From Octopus sinensis (Eukaryota), in assembly GCF_006345805.1 (NCBI RefSeq), contig NC_043003.1, forward strand, positions 63,364,001 through 63,428,000: DNA of 64,000 bases. Direction: 5' to 3'. Shown one piece after another: positions 23,801 to 37,550 of the stretch (the stretch's first letter is position 1; every line of letters starts with the position of its first letter). Made by a program: the position numbers and the translations under genes. The notes under the pieces are model-generated. The model worked only from the letters and a program-made list of their open reading frames with translations, searched no databases and was not told where the DNA came from.

Positions 23801-24141
23801 ATACGCAAAAAAGACTGTCCTGAAATAAACTTAGAAAATCTCTCTGTTACGGAATACATTCATAAACACCAACTCAAGGAATACTGGTGGAATATTTCCA
23901 TAGAGAAAAGGAGAATCTGAATAAACTGGGCTTTTCAGAAAGCGAAATCCACCGGTTAACTCATGCAAGTCCAATCTGTGAATGGAACAGTAAAATATGC
24001 ACTTTTATCAAGGTCCAATTTGTGAATTTGTCTGTGTTAACTACATCTCAAAGATGGGGCCTTGTATCTTTGTTGGAAACTGGCTCCCTCCTCAGCGGAA
24101 GATTTATAATAATTAAATAATAGAAGAAACACGTACATATA

Positions 24142-25410
24142 CAAGGTGTCCAAAAATGTATGTCTTTTTGATAGCTGATATCTCACTCCATTTTAATTTC
24201 TTTTTAGATTTAATGAAATAATGGTGACAGATTAAACTTTGAGCAAAGGGAATTTATCATTAAGTGTTACTGGATGTTTGAAAATCCAGTCGAAATACAA
24301 AGACAGTTTAGCAGGGAGTTTCAAACATACCCACCTATGATGTTACATATCGTCAGTCAAAGTAGAGACAAGTTCGAAGCAGCTGGAACTGTTCAGAATG
24401 TCCACAGGATGCGTTGTGGAAGACTGCGGGTCTCAACAAGTCTTTTAAAGTAAAGGATACTAGAAACTTATTGCCAGAGTTCAAGAATAGCAAGCGAGTA
24501 ATGAAATAGGAATTTCAAAATCCAGCGTCCAATCGCATTTTCAAGCGCTGTCATTAGAAAAGTTACATTTCTAACGAGGACGATCCAGATTGAAGAGTAT
24601 AGAGTTTTGCGAGTAGGACTTGACAAGATGTTTACTCGCAATAAAAAAACTGCACGGAAAGATGAGACAACACTTGAAATAAACGGCTCAGTTAACCGCC
24701 TCAGTTGCACTTACTGGGGATCTGAGAAACCATATATTACGAAGGAACACTATGTTAATTTATCAGGAATCACACTGTACGGTGTTACTTATCAAAAAGA
24801 TCAATTGTTTTTTTTCTATTTAAGGTACTGTGACCAGCAACATTTACTTCAACTTTCTGCTTATAACCTGTCACGCTAAACATTCAAAAGAACTTCGAAG
24901 ATATGGAATTTCACATCCAGCACGTGTTGCCGAACGTGTAACGTGGATGTTGAGATTCTGTAGAATACCCTCCGCATTCATCAGACCACACCCTACTAGA
25001 CATGTTTACGGGGATATTTAAAAGGAAGTTTACGGCACAAAACAGATAACAATGGTCGAATTGAGGGTAGCCATTGAACGAGAATGCGCGCAAATACATT
25101 TTTACTACTCTAGGCACAAGGCCCGAAATTTGCGGGGAGGGGGCCAGTCGATTAGATCGACCCCAGTACGCAACTTGTACTTAATTTATCAACCCCGAAA
25201 GGATGAAAGGCAAAGTCGACCTCGGCAGAATTTGAACTCAGAACATAAAGACAGACGAAGAATGTGCACAAATGCTAAAATGTTCCATGATATTTGAGAT
25301 TCCATTCCTTTGCGTTATCATTTTGAAAATGAAACGTATTCTAATAAGCACTGACTGTATAACAATTTAATGAGTGCCTACATTTTTGCAGGGACATTCT
25401 GTGTATACAT
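24142..25410 (+). mobile_element. Decayed Tc1/mariner-superfamily transposon (DUF4817-type HTH), interrupted by a SINE A at ~25100-25260
   Basis: TA-caaggtgtcc left end; EQREFIIKCYWMFEN..EIQRQFSREF, RDKFEAAGTVQN, GSVNRLSCTYWGSEKP, GYLKRKVY...MVELRVAIEREC. Confidence 0.75.
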
Positions 25411-25494
25411 GGTATTCCCTCCAGAAATGTATATACATGCTGTATAATTTAATAATTTAATATTCATGCTGTATAATTTAATACATCACGTCGG

Positions 25495-25692
25495 ATGAAA
25501 TGCTTCGCGGTATTTCGTCTGCCGTTACGTTGTGAGTTCAAATTCCGCCGAGGTCGACTTTACCTTTCATCCTTTCGGGGTCGATAAATTAAGTACCAGT
25601 TACGCACTGGGGTCGATGTAATCGACTTAATACCTTTGTCTGTCCTTGTTTGTCCCCTCTGTGTTTAGCCCCTTGTGGGTAGTAAAGAAATA
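25495..25692 (+). mobile_element. SINE family A
   Basis: Near-consensus core and tail (gtgtttagccccttgtgggtagtaaagaaata). Confidence 0.9.
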
Positions 25693-26919
25693 TGTATAAT
25701 TTAATACAATCTACAGATATCGCTGCCATAGTGTAAATAAAAATATCATTTGGAACTTTACTATGGGTTCTTCACATAATGCAACTCAGTGACGACTAGT
25801 TGTGATGTTTGAATGAGACAAGCGGTTGTACCCTTCTCAGCACCTCCTTGGAATGGAGACTCGGTAATTTGGTTTGCGCAGTTGGAAGTGCACTTTTCCA
25901 CAAATAAAATCTATTCAGAATTTCGCGAACTCAATTTGTTGATAAGCGTCCTTTCACCAGGTTTAAGCGGCGAAGTGAAAGATTTGAAGTGAAAGACTCC
26001 TGCAGATATCATTTCGTGTCAAGAAATTAAAGTAGATATTAGATACATTAAAATGCACGTCCTGTTCTCAACAAAAGCGTTTAGATTAGCTGATAATAGA
26101 CTTTCGTAATTACTACGCAGAGTAAATGAAAATAATTCATTAGAAACGCTTTTATGAAACAGTCGCTCATGTTACATTTACCACTGAATGTACAGGCAAT
26201 TCTAGCGCAGTACGATATCGTTACTCAACAGATCAACTAGCAAAATTGTTTGATGGCATTATCGACATTTCGTTTCCAGATTTCTCTCTCTTTTGTTTTA
26301 GCTATCTCTTCGTTGTTAGCAGATTTCCTTAAGTTTAGCAAAGGAAAATTTAGGCACTCGCAGAAAACATTGAACGCCTTGAAATCCCTTATTTTTTGTT
26401 CGTTCAACTGACCGTTCCAGAAGATGGGCGCGAAAAAGTTATTCCAGTTCTCGTTGGAGAACTCATGCACTATGTTAGTATCATTACAGATTTGGCACGA
26501 TTGCTCACCGCTGTTTACATCCATGTTTCTTTCTAACTACTCCGATTATTAAGTACAGGTAAACATAGATGCCAGAGAATAGCAGCAACTGCATCACCTG
26601 GCACTTCTCCAGAAAGTCGCTTATTTTATGTTTTCAAATATTCTTCGAAATTTCTTTTTCTTGTGGATACTTCTGCTGAGTGTAGTACATGGCCTTGCGG
26701 TTTTTTTTTTTCAACGCATACAGCAGCCAACATCGGTTACTTTGCAAGCAGTAAACTATTCGACCAATACCCAGTTATGAAGGAAAATCTATGACGTTGG
26801 ATATGAATTTACGTAGAGTTTTGAAGCACTTTTTTTTTCTATCATATCTAGTCTTTCCTGCCCCATTATCGGATCCGATTTTCTTCATCAATTTGATCTC
26901 TCTCTTTTACTCTTTACAC

Positions 26920-27305
26920 ATTTATTTGTTTCAATCATTTGACTGCGGCCATGCTGGAGCATCGCCTTTAGTCGAGAAAATCTACCCCAGGACTTATTGT
27001 TTGTAAGCCTAGTACTTATTCTATCGGTCTCTTTTTGTCAAACCGCTAGGTTACGGGGACGTAAACACACCGGCATCGGTTGTCAAGCGATGTTGGGGGA
27101 GGGGGGGACAAACACAGACACACACACATATATATACATATATACGACGGGCTTCTTTTCAGTTTTCGCCTACCAAATCTACTCACAAGGCTTTGGTCGG
27201 CCCGAGGCTATAGTAGAAGACACTTGCCCAAGGTGCCACGCAGTGGGACTGAACTCGGAACCATGTGATTGGTAAGCAAGCTACTTACCACACAGCCACT
27301 CCTAC
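26920..27305 (-). mobile_element. Full-length SINE family B inserted in the Gypsy element
   Basis: Head ggcgtaggagtggctgtgtggtaag on the minus strand at ~27305, plus complete body. Confidence 0.9.
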
Positions 27306-29039
27306 GCCTCTCCTTGATTTGATTTGAAAAATAAAAATTATTTGATTCTACGACTAATTAATCGATAGCCGGTATCAGTGCAGAAACTGCTCCTATCAAT
27401 CCTCTTCCTGGTTTCTACGGCTAACAGTTATGTTATTCTTTGTAGATTATCAGATATCCATCGCTCGGTTGGTTAGCGATAGAAAGCCCCTACATTCAGT
27501 AACATACCTTAGGACTGGCTCCCTTGTTTCAGTTTGAACCTTAGCGATTTGCTGTAGCCACTCTAAAAGTTGCTGAAGATGAATTCGGCTACATGTAACA
27601 GCTCGGTGTTATTCGACCTTCGTCTAGTAACTGGGATCTCCTCTACATATGGTATTGAAGAAGACCAAAAGTAATTAGTGTTCCTGTCCGGACTATATAG
27701 GCTGTTAAACGCTAAAATAGTGCCGAATAAATATCCTATTCTTCACCTCCCATGATCTCTTAATTTCTCTACATGGTACTACAAATTTTTCGAAGATAGA
27801 TTTAGTTCGTGCATATAACCAGGTTCCAACAGAATTCGTTGACATTCATAAGATGGCTATTACCACAGCATTTGAACTGTATGAATTCGTCAGGATGACT
27901 TTAGGGTCAGGAATTCTGTGAATTCCTTCGAAAAGTTTATCGATGAAGTTAATCGCAGTTTGAACTTTGTTTTTGCTTTCATTGATGATTTATTGTTTGC
28001 TAATGCTTCGGGATCTAAGCACGAGCAACATCTGATTCATATCTTTTCTAGATTATCACATTCCGTTGTTGTGATTAACCCTGTTAAATGTTGCCTTAGA
28101 GTTTCGTCTTTAAACTTTTTAGGGCTCATCAGTGACAACATTGCTATGCGACCAATGACTGAGAAAACAGATGCAGCTGTGCAGTTTGCAGCTCCCAACT
28201 CGTTATAAAAATTACATGGATTTCTTGATGAAGAGAATTTCTACTGACATTTTATTTCACACTGTGCTGAGACAGCTTACTCTTTAACTGAGTCGTTACG
28301 TAATCGAAAAAGGAAAAGCAAGAAAATTCTGTTAACAGCAGAAAAATTACAGTAAATTAAGGATATAAAAAGTGAAATTATCTATTAACAACTCAATTGA
28401 CCCCAGATGCACCCTCTCTCTTTTAGTGGGTGCTTCAGACGTTTGAATTGGTGATATTTTTAAGTAGTTTATTTAGAAATTGTTGGCAATCTCTGTCCTT
28501 TTCCTTGAAGCATTTGAAACCGGCCGGAGCTAGATATTATATTTTCGGTTGAGAATTATAATCCTCATACTTATCAGTTAAGCACTTCCATCATTTTCCA
28601 GAGGAAAGAAATTTTGTTATATATACCGACCATAAGCTATTAGCTTTTTCCTCTTTAGGCACTTTGATATTTAGTATCTCAGTTTACTGCCAATATTCGT
28701 TACATCAAGGGCTCTAATAACTACGCAGTTGATGTTTTATCTTGGGTTCATGTGAACTCTCTGCACTCTACAGACCCTATTGATTAAGTGAAATAACGAA
28801 GGACCAAGAAACGAAGGAAGAATTACTACAACAAAAGAATTCGGTATTATCTTCCTTAGAATTCCTGCCTTCACGAAATATATTTAGTGTAATGTCCTGT
28901 TGTGCCTGCTAAACATAGAAGCTCAGTTTTCCACAAATGATCTCTACCGAGCCTTGCAGCATCTGAGAGACTCAGTTTAGCTCATTTTATTTGGCCATAC
29001 ATGAACAGGAATGTAGGTCAATGAGCTAGAAATTGTATA

Positions 29040-29226
29040 TGCTTAGCGGTATTTCGTCTGCCGCTACGTTCTTAGTTCAAATTCCGCCGAGGTCGACTTT
29101 GCCTTTCATCCTTTCGGGGTCGATTAAATAAGTACCAGTTACGCACTGGGGTCGATATAATCCGTTTGTCTGTCCTTGTTTGTCCCCTCTGTGTTTAGCC
29201 CCTTGTGGGTAGTAAAGAAATAAGTA
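29040..29226 (+). mobile_element. SINE family A inserted in the Gypsy element
   Basis: Near-consensus sequence. Confidence 0.9.
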
Positions 29227-31537
29227 TGTTTTTTTGTAATTGCTGTTTTGGCTGTGTATTATCTCGTAATGAAGAGACGCGAACATAATAGAATAAATTT
29301 ATTGAATATGCTTATGTAGTTTTCTAATCACTGCTCGTAGAAATGTAAGAGGTTAGAATCGAGGTTCAGTGTAACTATTATCCATAGCAATAATTAATAA
29401 GGCTCGAGAAGCAGGAAAGAATTGATTTATACTCCTGAAATTCAGCAAAGGAAACTGGATGCTGTAAATGGCTGATTGCTTCATTAAGACTATTGTGTGT
29501 GTGTTCGCGCGCGCGCTTTTGGCGAGAGGTGAGGATGTGTGTTCTCTGGTTGCTATCTTAACTTCTGTAGTTGTTCTTGGCGGGATTTCACTTTAATACT
29601 AAGAAAAGCGCGAGAAAAGGTCATAAAACATTCGATTAACTTGATGCTATGGTATGATATTGCTGCAAGCCGATTAGCTGATGATCAAGACAGACCACGT
29701 GATCTACGCGAGGTACGAACCTAGCGATCGAAAAATGAGAGAACTGATTCTAGGTCTCGCTACAAGCTCTTATCTCCTGTTCAGAACTACGTCTATCTGT
29801 TGGCCTGTACTGACCATTTTTCTAGGTGACCTGGAGCCATTCCTGTTAGAGATATTTCATCTACAACTGTAGCAAAAGCATTGTTTTCAATCAGATTTCG
29901 CGTTTTGGGTTTACCGCGACGATAACAACTGACAAAAGCCGCCAATTTGAATCTAATTCATTTACCGAATTAACCCACTTTCTCAATACGAAGAGGATTC
30001 GTACGGTGACTTATCATTTTGAGGCAATTGGAACGATAGAAAATTTCACTGCCAACTTAAAACAGCATTTAAAGCATACAGCAATATAGATAGAAACTAG
30101 AATATGTACGTATTATGTTACTGAGTATCAGAACGACAGTTGAAGCGGACATAGGTTTCACCACCAGCAGAGCTGCTTTATAACACTGCATTAACTCTTC
30201 CCAGACAGATGGTAGTTGGAAACTTGAGCGTGTATAATGATCTGTTCATTTATATGCATCGACTACGGTAATATATGTTTAATTTGTTGCCCAAGCAGTG
30301 GACAGTTAAACCCATGTTCCGGCAGACATCAATTGCTGGTTTTTATATGTTTGCTCGTAATGATGCAGTTTAAAAACCCTTATATACAGGAACAGATCAT
30401 GTTTTGCAGACGTACCCTAGATATTTCGTAGTCGATGTCCATGGTAAAAAAAAAAAGAGACAAACAGTACTGACAGAACCAAAAAGATTATATTGATATA
30501 CATGAATCTAAGGAACACATATCTTTACAGACATCAAAACTACCCACACAAATACCTATATGAAATAAAACTATTGTTCCTAAGAAAGACATTGCCAGCT
30601 TTACAACACTTGAGCTAGAAATAATATTTTAGTTCATACTGGTATGTGAAAGATGTGCATATTTAATATAAACAGAATAAGGCAGGAAATTATATACAAA
30701 GAATTATGTATGTCATTATTCAGTTTATTTCAAGATTTCTTGCCAATAGAGAAAGAACCGGTTTCTAACCTAGATCCAAGGTTCCTTCATTGGAATTTCA
30801 ATATCAACAACAGGGTATGTATGTGCAAATTTGTATGTTTTTATGGATATATTTATGTGTGTATGTATGTTTGCATGCATTTATGTGTATGTACGCATGC
30901 ATGCATGCATGTATGTATGTGTGTATGTATGTATGCATGTATGTATGCTTTCAATGCATGCATGTATGTGTGTGCATGTATGTATGTGTGAGTGTGTGTA
31001 TTATGTATGCATGTGTGTGTGTCTGTATGCATGCATGTATGTATGTATGTATTTCAGTACAATGCTGATTACTTTTTGCCGTGCAACAAAAATGACAGAG
31101 TTTTGTGAAGCCTCTACAGCGGCTCTGTTCGAGGATTCAATACTCCAGCTTTTTATAACACTAAGCAAAGCTTCTAAAACATTCATTAATACAGTTTTAA
31201 AGTCTACCCCCGGAATTGATACTTGTCAGCAGATACTGATTGACTGAGAAACCCTTAAGCCGGCGTTCGTAGCTTTTATGGCGGTATAATTAGGTTCAAG
31301 GAGCTGGTCATGTCTTTTATGGGAACAATATCAGGCTGTGACTCTTAACCGAACATCTCAGTGAGGAGGTTCAAATCTGGTTGAAGCCTCACTACAAGGT
31401 CTCATCTTGCAGCGTGTTTGTTATAAAAATACACGAAATAAAGACAAAGAAATGTGCGTGTGAACACAGCGGGAAATTAGCACTTACAACAAAAATAAAA
31501 TTAAATACAACAGAGTTACATAAACAGAAAATGTTCG

Positions 31538-31950
31538 GGATCTTTTCGGTTTGAACGGCAGTTTTTAACATAATTTCTAGGTAACTAAAAAATTTTAAAC
31601 TTCGTATACTGGTAGAATGTGTTTATAAAACATCTTTTTCTCTTGGCTTTATTGAGAAAATTCTATAGTTTGTAAGATATTTGTTGTTTTTTTTTTCTTC
31701 AATTTCTGCAATTTCAACCAATCAATTACATCTATTGAGGTAAAAAACATTCTGTGCCGTATGAATATGTCCCTCGTTTAAGAAACAGATTGGGTTTATT
31801 TACATTTGTAAAGAAAAAAAGATACCCTTCCCCCCATCCCTAACCCTAAAACAGATAGAAATGCAATAGATCGATACTAGGGTCATAATTATGGGTGACA
31901 ATTTCATATGACACCGCTATAAAAAACTGCCGTTCAAACCGAAAAGATAC
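31538..31950. mobile_element. Merlin-like MITE (GG termini, 8-bp TSD)
   Basis: TIR ggatcttttcggtttgaacggcagtttt, with TSD aatgttcg on both sides. Confidence 0.75.
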
Positions 31951-31999
31951 AATGTTCGCAAATTAAACACAGTTCCTAATAGTCCATATATATAACTTG

Positions 32000-33245
32000 T
32001 TATGGAATCGAAAAAAGTATTATAGATATTTGGAAGGTCATTATCAAATACTGGTGTAATTTAATTTTTTTTGTAGCATGAAGAGTTAAAAGCTTATTGC
32101 AACTAACGTATCGTCGTCGGTAAACAATAATAATAATTATTTATTAATTTTCAAAATCTTTAATACGTACTTCAACTTTATTTTCCGTTTATATTGATCC
32201 ACGACTTCATCAGAAAAGAAAGTAAACCAGGTTCTTTTTGGTTGACTGAACTAAAATCTCTCACCGCTGTGAAAAGAAGATTTATAAACACATCACAATA
32301 ACTGACGAAAAAGCTAAAAAAATATATCTAAAACTAAAAAAAGAGAGAAAAGAAAATGTTTTCCGATGATAAGGCACGATCTGGAAGACCAAGCCTAAGT
32401 GAAGAAAATATGTTATCTGTAAAAAAAAATCCTGTTTGGGAAGTCCACGCAAATCAATAAAACAAGCATATTTAGAACCGTGTCTTCCAGAATAAACGCT
32501 GTGTGAAATTCTACGAACGAAATTTCACATGAAAGCTTACAATATTAAAGTGCTTCAAGTGTTACTAGAAGAAGATTGATTATCATACATCATTGGCTTT
32601 TCTGTCAACGAAAAACTTGTCAACGATCGTTAATTTTTCCTTTCTTTCTTTCTTTCTTTTCTTTTATTCACACTGTAATGCCTTCTGACGAAGTAGTATT
32701 TTATATGAGTGATAAAGTCAACAGGCATAACTGTTAACTGTTGCATACGGAGCACTGAAAAGCCACAAGAATTTGAAGAGATTCTTCTGTAATTAATATT
32801 TGGTTTACATTAAGAAAATACCACATCGTTGGGGCATTATTTTTGAAAGGACAGGTTATTGATAGAAAGAGTTGAACAGAAATGCTGTGAAGTTCATTTA
32901 TTTCTGTTCTAACCCGATTCGTTATTATAGAAAGATGCAGTGTTTCAGCAAGGCAGTGCACGTTGTCATTCCGTTCTCAGAGTTAAGCTGTTTCTGAATA
33001 AAATATACTCAAATTCTCCAGCCGCTGAACGGGGAGAAGAGGATCAAACTCTTCGCCCACGTGATCACCAAATTTGAATCCAGTGGATTTCTTTTTATGA
33101 TGATATAGAAAACCTAGTGTTTTTAATCCAATTTCGTTCTGTAGAAGACTTTCAAGCTAGAGGTGATTAATGTCATTCAGGTTATAAGTGGATATCAGTG
33201 ACAAAACGAATATTTAGAAATTCATACATTCGAGTGCATCCCATA
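32000..33245 (+). mobile_element. Highly decayed Tc1/mariner transposase region
   Basis: SDE (32694), VFQQGSARCH (~32940) and PRDHQI..PVDFFL (PPRSPDLNPLDF-like, ~33055). Boundaries uncertain. Confidence 0.55.
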
Positions 33246-33248
33246 CCA

Positions 33249-33297
<49 letters not shown>

Positions 33298-33299
33298 TG

Positions 33300-33510
33300 T
33301 GTGTGTGTGTGTGTGACCTCGTGTGTACCGTTGGCGATTTTTTTCCTCTGTCTTCCCTTCTCTGGATCTTTCCTTCTATGTTTCCGACGAAGCGCTCCGC
33401 TCGAAACGTTAAACCCTCCTTCTTTCCGTCTTTCCTGAGCGTCCAATAATACTATATTTGTTCCACGTCCTCGCGTTGTTGTGTTTTTTTTGTTCTTTCT
33501 TGTTTGGATT

Positions 33511-33520
<10 letters not shown>
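33300..33520 (+). mobile_element. Family C HHR element; HHR-like motif at 33380-33414
   Basis: GUUU-CCGACGA-A-GCGC-UCC-GCUC-GAAAC-GUU-AAAC. Homologous to 7841-8060 and 49280-49520. Confidence 0.7.
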
Positions 33521-33562
<42 letters not shown>

Positions 33563-33595
33563 TATATATATATATATATATATAATATATATATA

Positions 33596-33632
<37 letters not shown>

Positions 33633-33667
33633 GTAAATGTAATATGTGACAATTATTCGGTAGCCAT

Positions 33668-33728
33668 GATAAAACTCCGAGTTTCGGATGCCGAGGTGTA
33701 AATCTACGCCGCCATCTCTTCAGTTATC
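33668..33728 (-). ncRNA. Type I hammerhead ribozyme with extended stem II inside a ~130-bp insert (33631-33761) between (TA)n runs
   Basis: GAUAA-CUGAAGA-GAUG-[22 nt]-CAUC-C-GAAAC-UCGGA-GUU-UUAUC. Confidence 0.7.
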
Positions 33729-33759
33729 TGGACATCGGAAAAAATGCTATGAAAATGAT

Positions 33760-33800
<41 letters not shown>

Positions 33801-33813
33801 TATATATATATAT

Positions 33814-33844
<31 letters not shown>

Positions 33845-34642
33845 CACACTCATACATACATGCATGCACATACACACTCTTCCTAACTCTCCCCCATAAA
33901 ACCACACATTACCACCTGGTCCCTAATCCTTTTTCTTCCGACCACCTTTTCTTATTCTGTTAATTTTCTGAGGAAAGACAAGCGTTTGAAGCGTCAAAGT
34001 TCTTTCCATTCTGTTTAAGCGTTAAATCATTACAATACTGTCCCTCCAGTGTTGTCTTCTTTCTGTGTCATTGCACAGACAAACGCACACACATATAGGC
34101 AGAGAGAAAAAGAAGGAGAGACAGCAGTATTCTTCCCAACTACTACAAGAGCAAAATGTTCTAGAAAGAAGCAACTATACAAGTATAAAACTGATAGACA
34201 AAGTTATGAGAGAAATTATAAAAGTAACAGAAAGTGCTATGGCTAGTGGGGATATAAGAATTAGCAAAGATGAGATGTAGTTCAGGTTTTTGTCAGGACG
34301 AGTTACCACTGATGTGGTCTTCTTAGCGAGACAATACAGAAGAAGTTCCTGCTACGAGCTAGTCACTTTTCCTAACATTAATCTTGTACGAAAAATCTTT
34401 TGGTAGAGTAACATGTTGTGTAGTCTGAGGTAACAAAACTAGGTGTAGATGAATGACTTGTGAGAGCCGTTCAAGTAATGAAACGTTCAGAATGAACTTA
34501 AATACAAACACTGAATGAACTTAAGTACAAACTGTAGAAAATGTAAAATTCTGAGTAGCAGTTAGCGAAATCTTTAGCTTATAATATATATATATATATA
34601 ATATATATATATAATATATATATGATATAATTATATATATAT

Positions 34643-34800
34643 ATAGGAGAGGAAAAATAATAAGGCAGAATGCTAAATTGAAAGTAAATTTTAAAAAAAT
34701 GGGTGTATGGAAAATTAAAAAATAACATTCCATACACCATTTTTATTAAAATTTACTTTCAATTAGCATTCTGCCTTATTATAAATTTTCCTCTCCTATC
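34643..34800. repeat. ~158-bp palindrome abutting (TA)n
   Basis: ataggagaggaaaa...gtgtatggaa / ttccatacac...ttttcctctcctat. Confidence 0.85.
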
Positions 34801-34841
34801 ATTTCTTCCACGTGCGGTCAACACAACCCCACCATTTATTG

Positions 34842-34952
<111 letters not shown>

Positions 34953-35743
34953 TGGTGACTCCGGTTTAGCCCGAGTATAAATTTAGTAAAGTGAACGTGT
35001 ATTTGCAAGCTGATTTAATTTCTGCCAATACTGACTTCAAGTATGTAATTTCAGCCAATAACTCAGGCTCCTTTTGTTGAGCCTGGTGGCAGTTCATATA
35101 TTTTCGTTCAGCGTCTGGCGGTCGTCTTAGAAGTGCCCTGTGTCAAAAATATTATTCGTAGCAAACGTTCTCTCGACATCGTTGACACGCGCTCAGAAGT
35201 TATAGCCCGAGTTGTTATCTATAATCGTAAAAATTAAAAGTAATTCAAATTCAATGTTTACTTCAAACAATACATTTCTATAGAGATTGGTATTTAAATG
35301 TCAATCTATGAAAAGTTTCCGTTCTGCAATATTCTTATAGGAACGAAAATTTATCCAGCAACTCGGGTTAATACGAACGAACCTAGTAGGTGTAAAAAGC
35401 TGACTGGCATCTCTTGTCCAGAGTACAGGCGACAGTCAGATCGCTGATGTTTGTTGTGCACCCCGCTGTCGTTATTTGATCGCTGTTATTCTGTGCGTCT
35501 GTGTGCAAGTATCAGTTCTTTTGCAAGGTTTCTTTATTTTAACCCTTAACTTAGAAATGGAGAAAGATATAGTGTTAGATATAATAAAATAAGCCATTTG
35601 GGGCCAGAGATATTGCGGAAAAACGTGAAATTCTTCGAGCAGGCATGTATCTTATGCGAAATCTGTGATGACTTGGTGTTGCCTCTGATACACACATCGA
35701 AAGATATATATATTTTATAATATATTAACTATATATATATATA

Positions 35744-37246
35744 ACGTAAATCCTCGAGTATAGTCAGCCCTTGAGTATAATACGCAGGGGATTTTTAGCG
35801 GGCTGTACCTCTGAAAAATCTAAATCTTGTGTATAATACGCACCCCTTCTCTAACTTGAGTCGTGCGTAATTAAGCCAGCAGCAACTAGTCGAACAAACA
35901 CTTCCGCGCATGCGTAATACAATAATGGTTATGTTTTTAATTGTTATATTGGTATGTAAATATGCTTGCAAATTATTTTTGTTACATGTTATTCTGTGTT
36001 CTGAATACTTTCATTTTAATAAATGTTGTTTACTGCAAATTATGGATGATTCTTCATTGCTTTCAGGTTTAGCTTAAGGTATTTTCGCGCCCGGCATCAC
36101 AAAATGCGTCTGAATAAACATTGCCGGGATCTTTTCTTTTTGAAGGCCAGATTTTCCTAGTTAACTAAAAAATTTGAAACTTCGTATACTGGTAGAATGT
36201 GTCAAAAGAAAACATTATTGTAAACAAAATTGAAAACAAAATTGTAATTCGTAACTCAAACGTAGTTTAATTTTAAGAATTTTAACCAATGAAATCGCAG
36301 CATTCGAGCTCAAATTATTTACCTCTTCTTCTGACTTCTACATGTACTAGAAATAACAGCTATATCTCTTAAATCGATTAATTTCGTCGCCCAATAAAAA
36401 TATTAACGATATTTTTTGAATATTTTCTTTATTTCTTTTTTACCGAAAAGGCTTCTCCCACGGTTTTGAAGGGCCAGAAATAACAAAAACAAAACAATAA
36501 TATGCCTAAATCGGTCTCGAGTTTGCGCGTGGAGTGTTAGTAGTAATGTAAAAATTTGCGAAATATTTTTTCATAAAAGGATGCCCCCAGCTTGTCGGAA
36601 GCTGTGATATAAATTGGGAAAAAATCCTCGACACCAGTGCGTAATTGGTACTTAATTTATCGACCCCGAAACGATGAAACATTGCCCCCCCCCCTTCTGT
36701 GCAAATTTTTTGCGGCAAGTGGCAAAAAACAAACGTGTATTTTTGCTTGTGTGCGTATGTGTGTGTATGTATTGTCCGTGTATGTGTGTGTACGCTTATA
36801 TATTAATTACTATGTGCTTGTGCAAATGTGCGTGTGTGTGTGTGTCGTGTGTGTCGTGCGTCTGCTATATTTCTTTATCAATATCGATAACGCAGCAATG
36901 TTGGGATTTCATTGGTTAAAATTCGAAGATGTTGGGATTTCATTGGTTAAAATTCGTAAAAATTAAACTACGTTTAAGTTACAAATTACAATTTTGTTTT
37001 CAATTTTGTTTACAATAATGTTTTCTTTTGACACATTCTACCAGTATACGAAGTTTCAAATTTTTTAGTTAACTAGGAAAATCTGGCCTTCAAAAAGAAA
37101 AGATCCCATTGCCGGATAGCAAATAGAGACTCGGACATTGTTTACAAAATATTTTTCATTTTTAACCTCGTATATAGTACGCACTAGGGATTTTGACTAT
37201 TAAATTTTTGGGAAAAAAAGTGCGGATTATACTCGAGGATTTACGG
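35744..37246. mobile_element. Tc2/pogo-like MITE (CCGTA termini, TA target) interrupted by a Merlin-like element
   Basis: Ends (a)cgtaaatcctcgagtata and tatactcgaggatttacgg-ta. Confidence 0.7.
36127..37106. mobile_element. Merlin-like non-autonomous element with ~170-bp TIRs
   Basis: ggatcttttctttttgaaggccagattttcc... at both ends, perfect 8-bp TSD cattgccg, and internal sequence shared with 31538-31950. Confidence 0.8.
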
Positions 37247-37265
37247 TATATATATATATATATAT

Positions 37266-37329
<64 letters not shown>

Positions 37330-37330
<1 letters not shown>

Positions 37331-37550
37331 TGGGCTGGTGCATAATTATTGCGGCTTTTTTTCAACAAAAACAATAACAATTTTAACAAAAACATCTTTA
37401 AATGACAGTCTGACTACTCTGCCAAGCAAATGGGAAGTAGTTATTGAAGTAGATGGTAAATCTGCTCCGGAATAATCATTCAAAGGTGTTATTGTTTTTG
37501 TTGAATAAAATTTGTTGAAAAAAAGCCGCAATAATTATGCACCAACCCAA
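37330..37550. mobile_element. mariner deletion derivative (MITE) with a transposase C-terminal remnant
   Basis: TA-flanked TIRs ttgggctggtgcataattattgcggc (Hsmar1-like) and internal LPSKWEVVIEVDGK. Confidence 0.85.

Larger units (their letters stand above)
25790..30600 (+). mobile_element. Decayed Ty3/Gypsy LTR retrotransposon internal region (gag-PR-RT-RH-IN), with SINE insertions
   Basis: gag WFAQLEVHF (~25872); protease FLVDTSAE (~26660); RT LGVIRPSSSNW, PDYRLLN and AFIDDLL (27590-28200); RNase H YTDHKL (~28620); integrase ISRFG...ITTDKSRQFES and TYHFEAIGTIENF (~29890-30060). LTRs not resolved. Confidence 0.85.
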
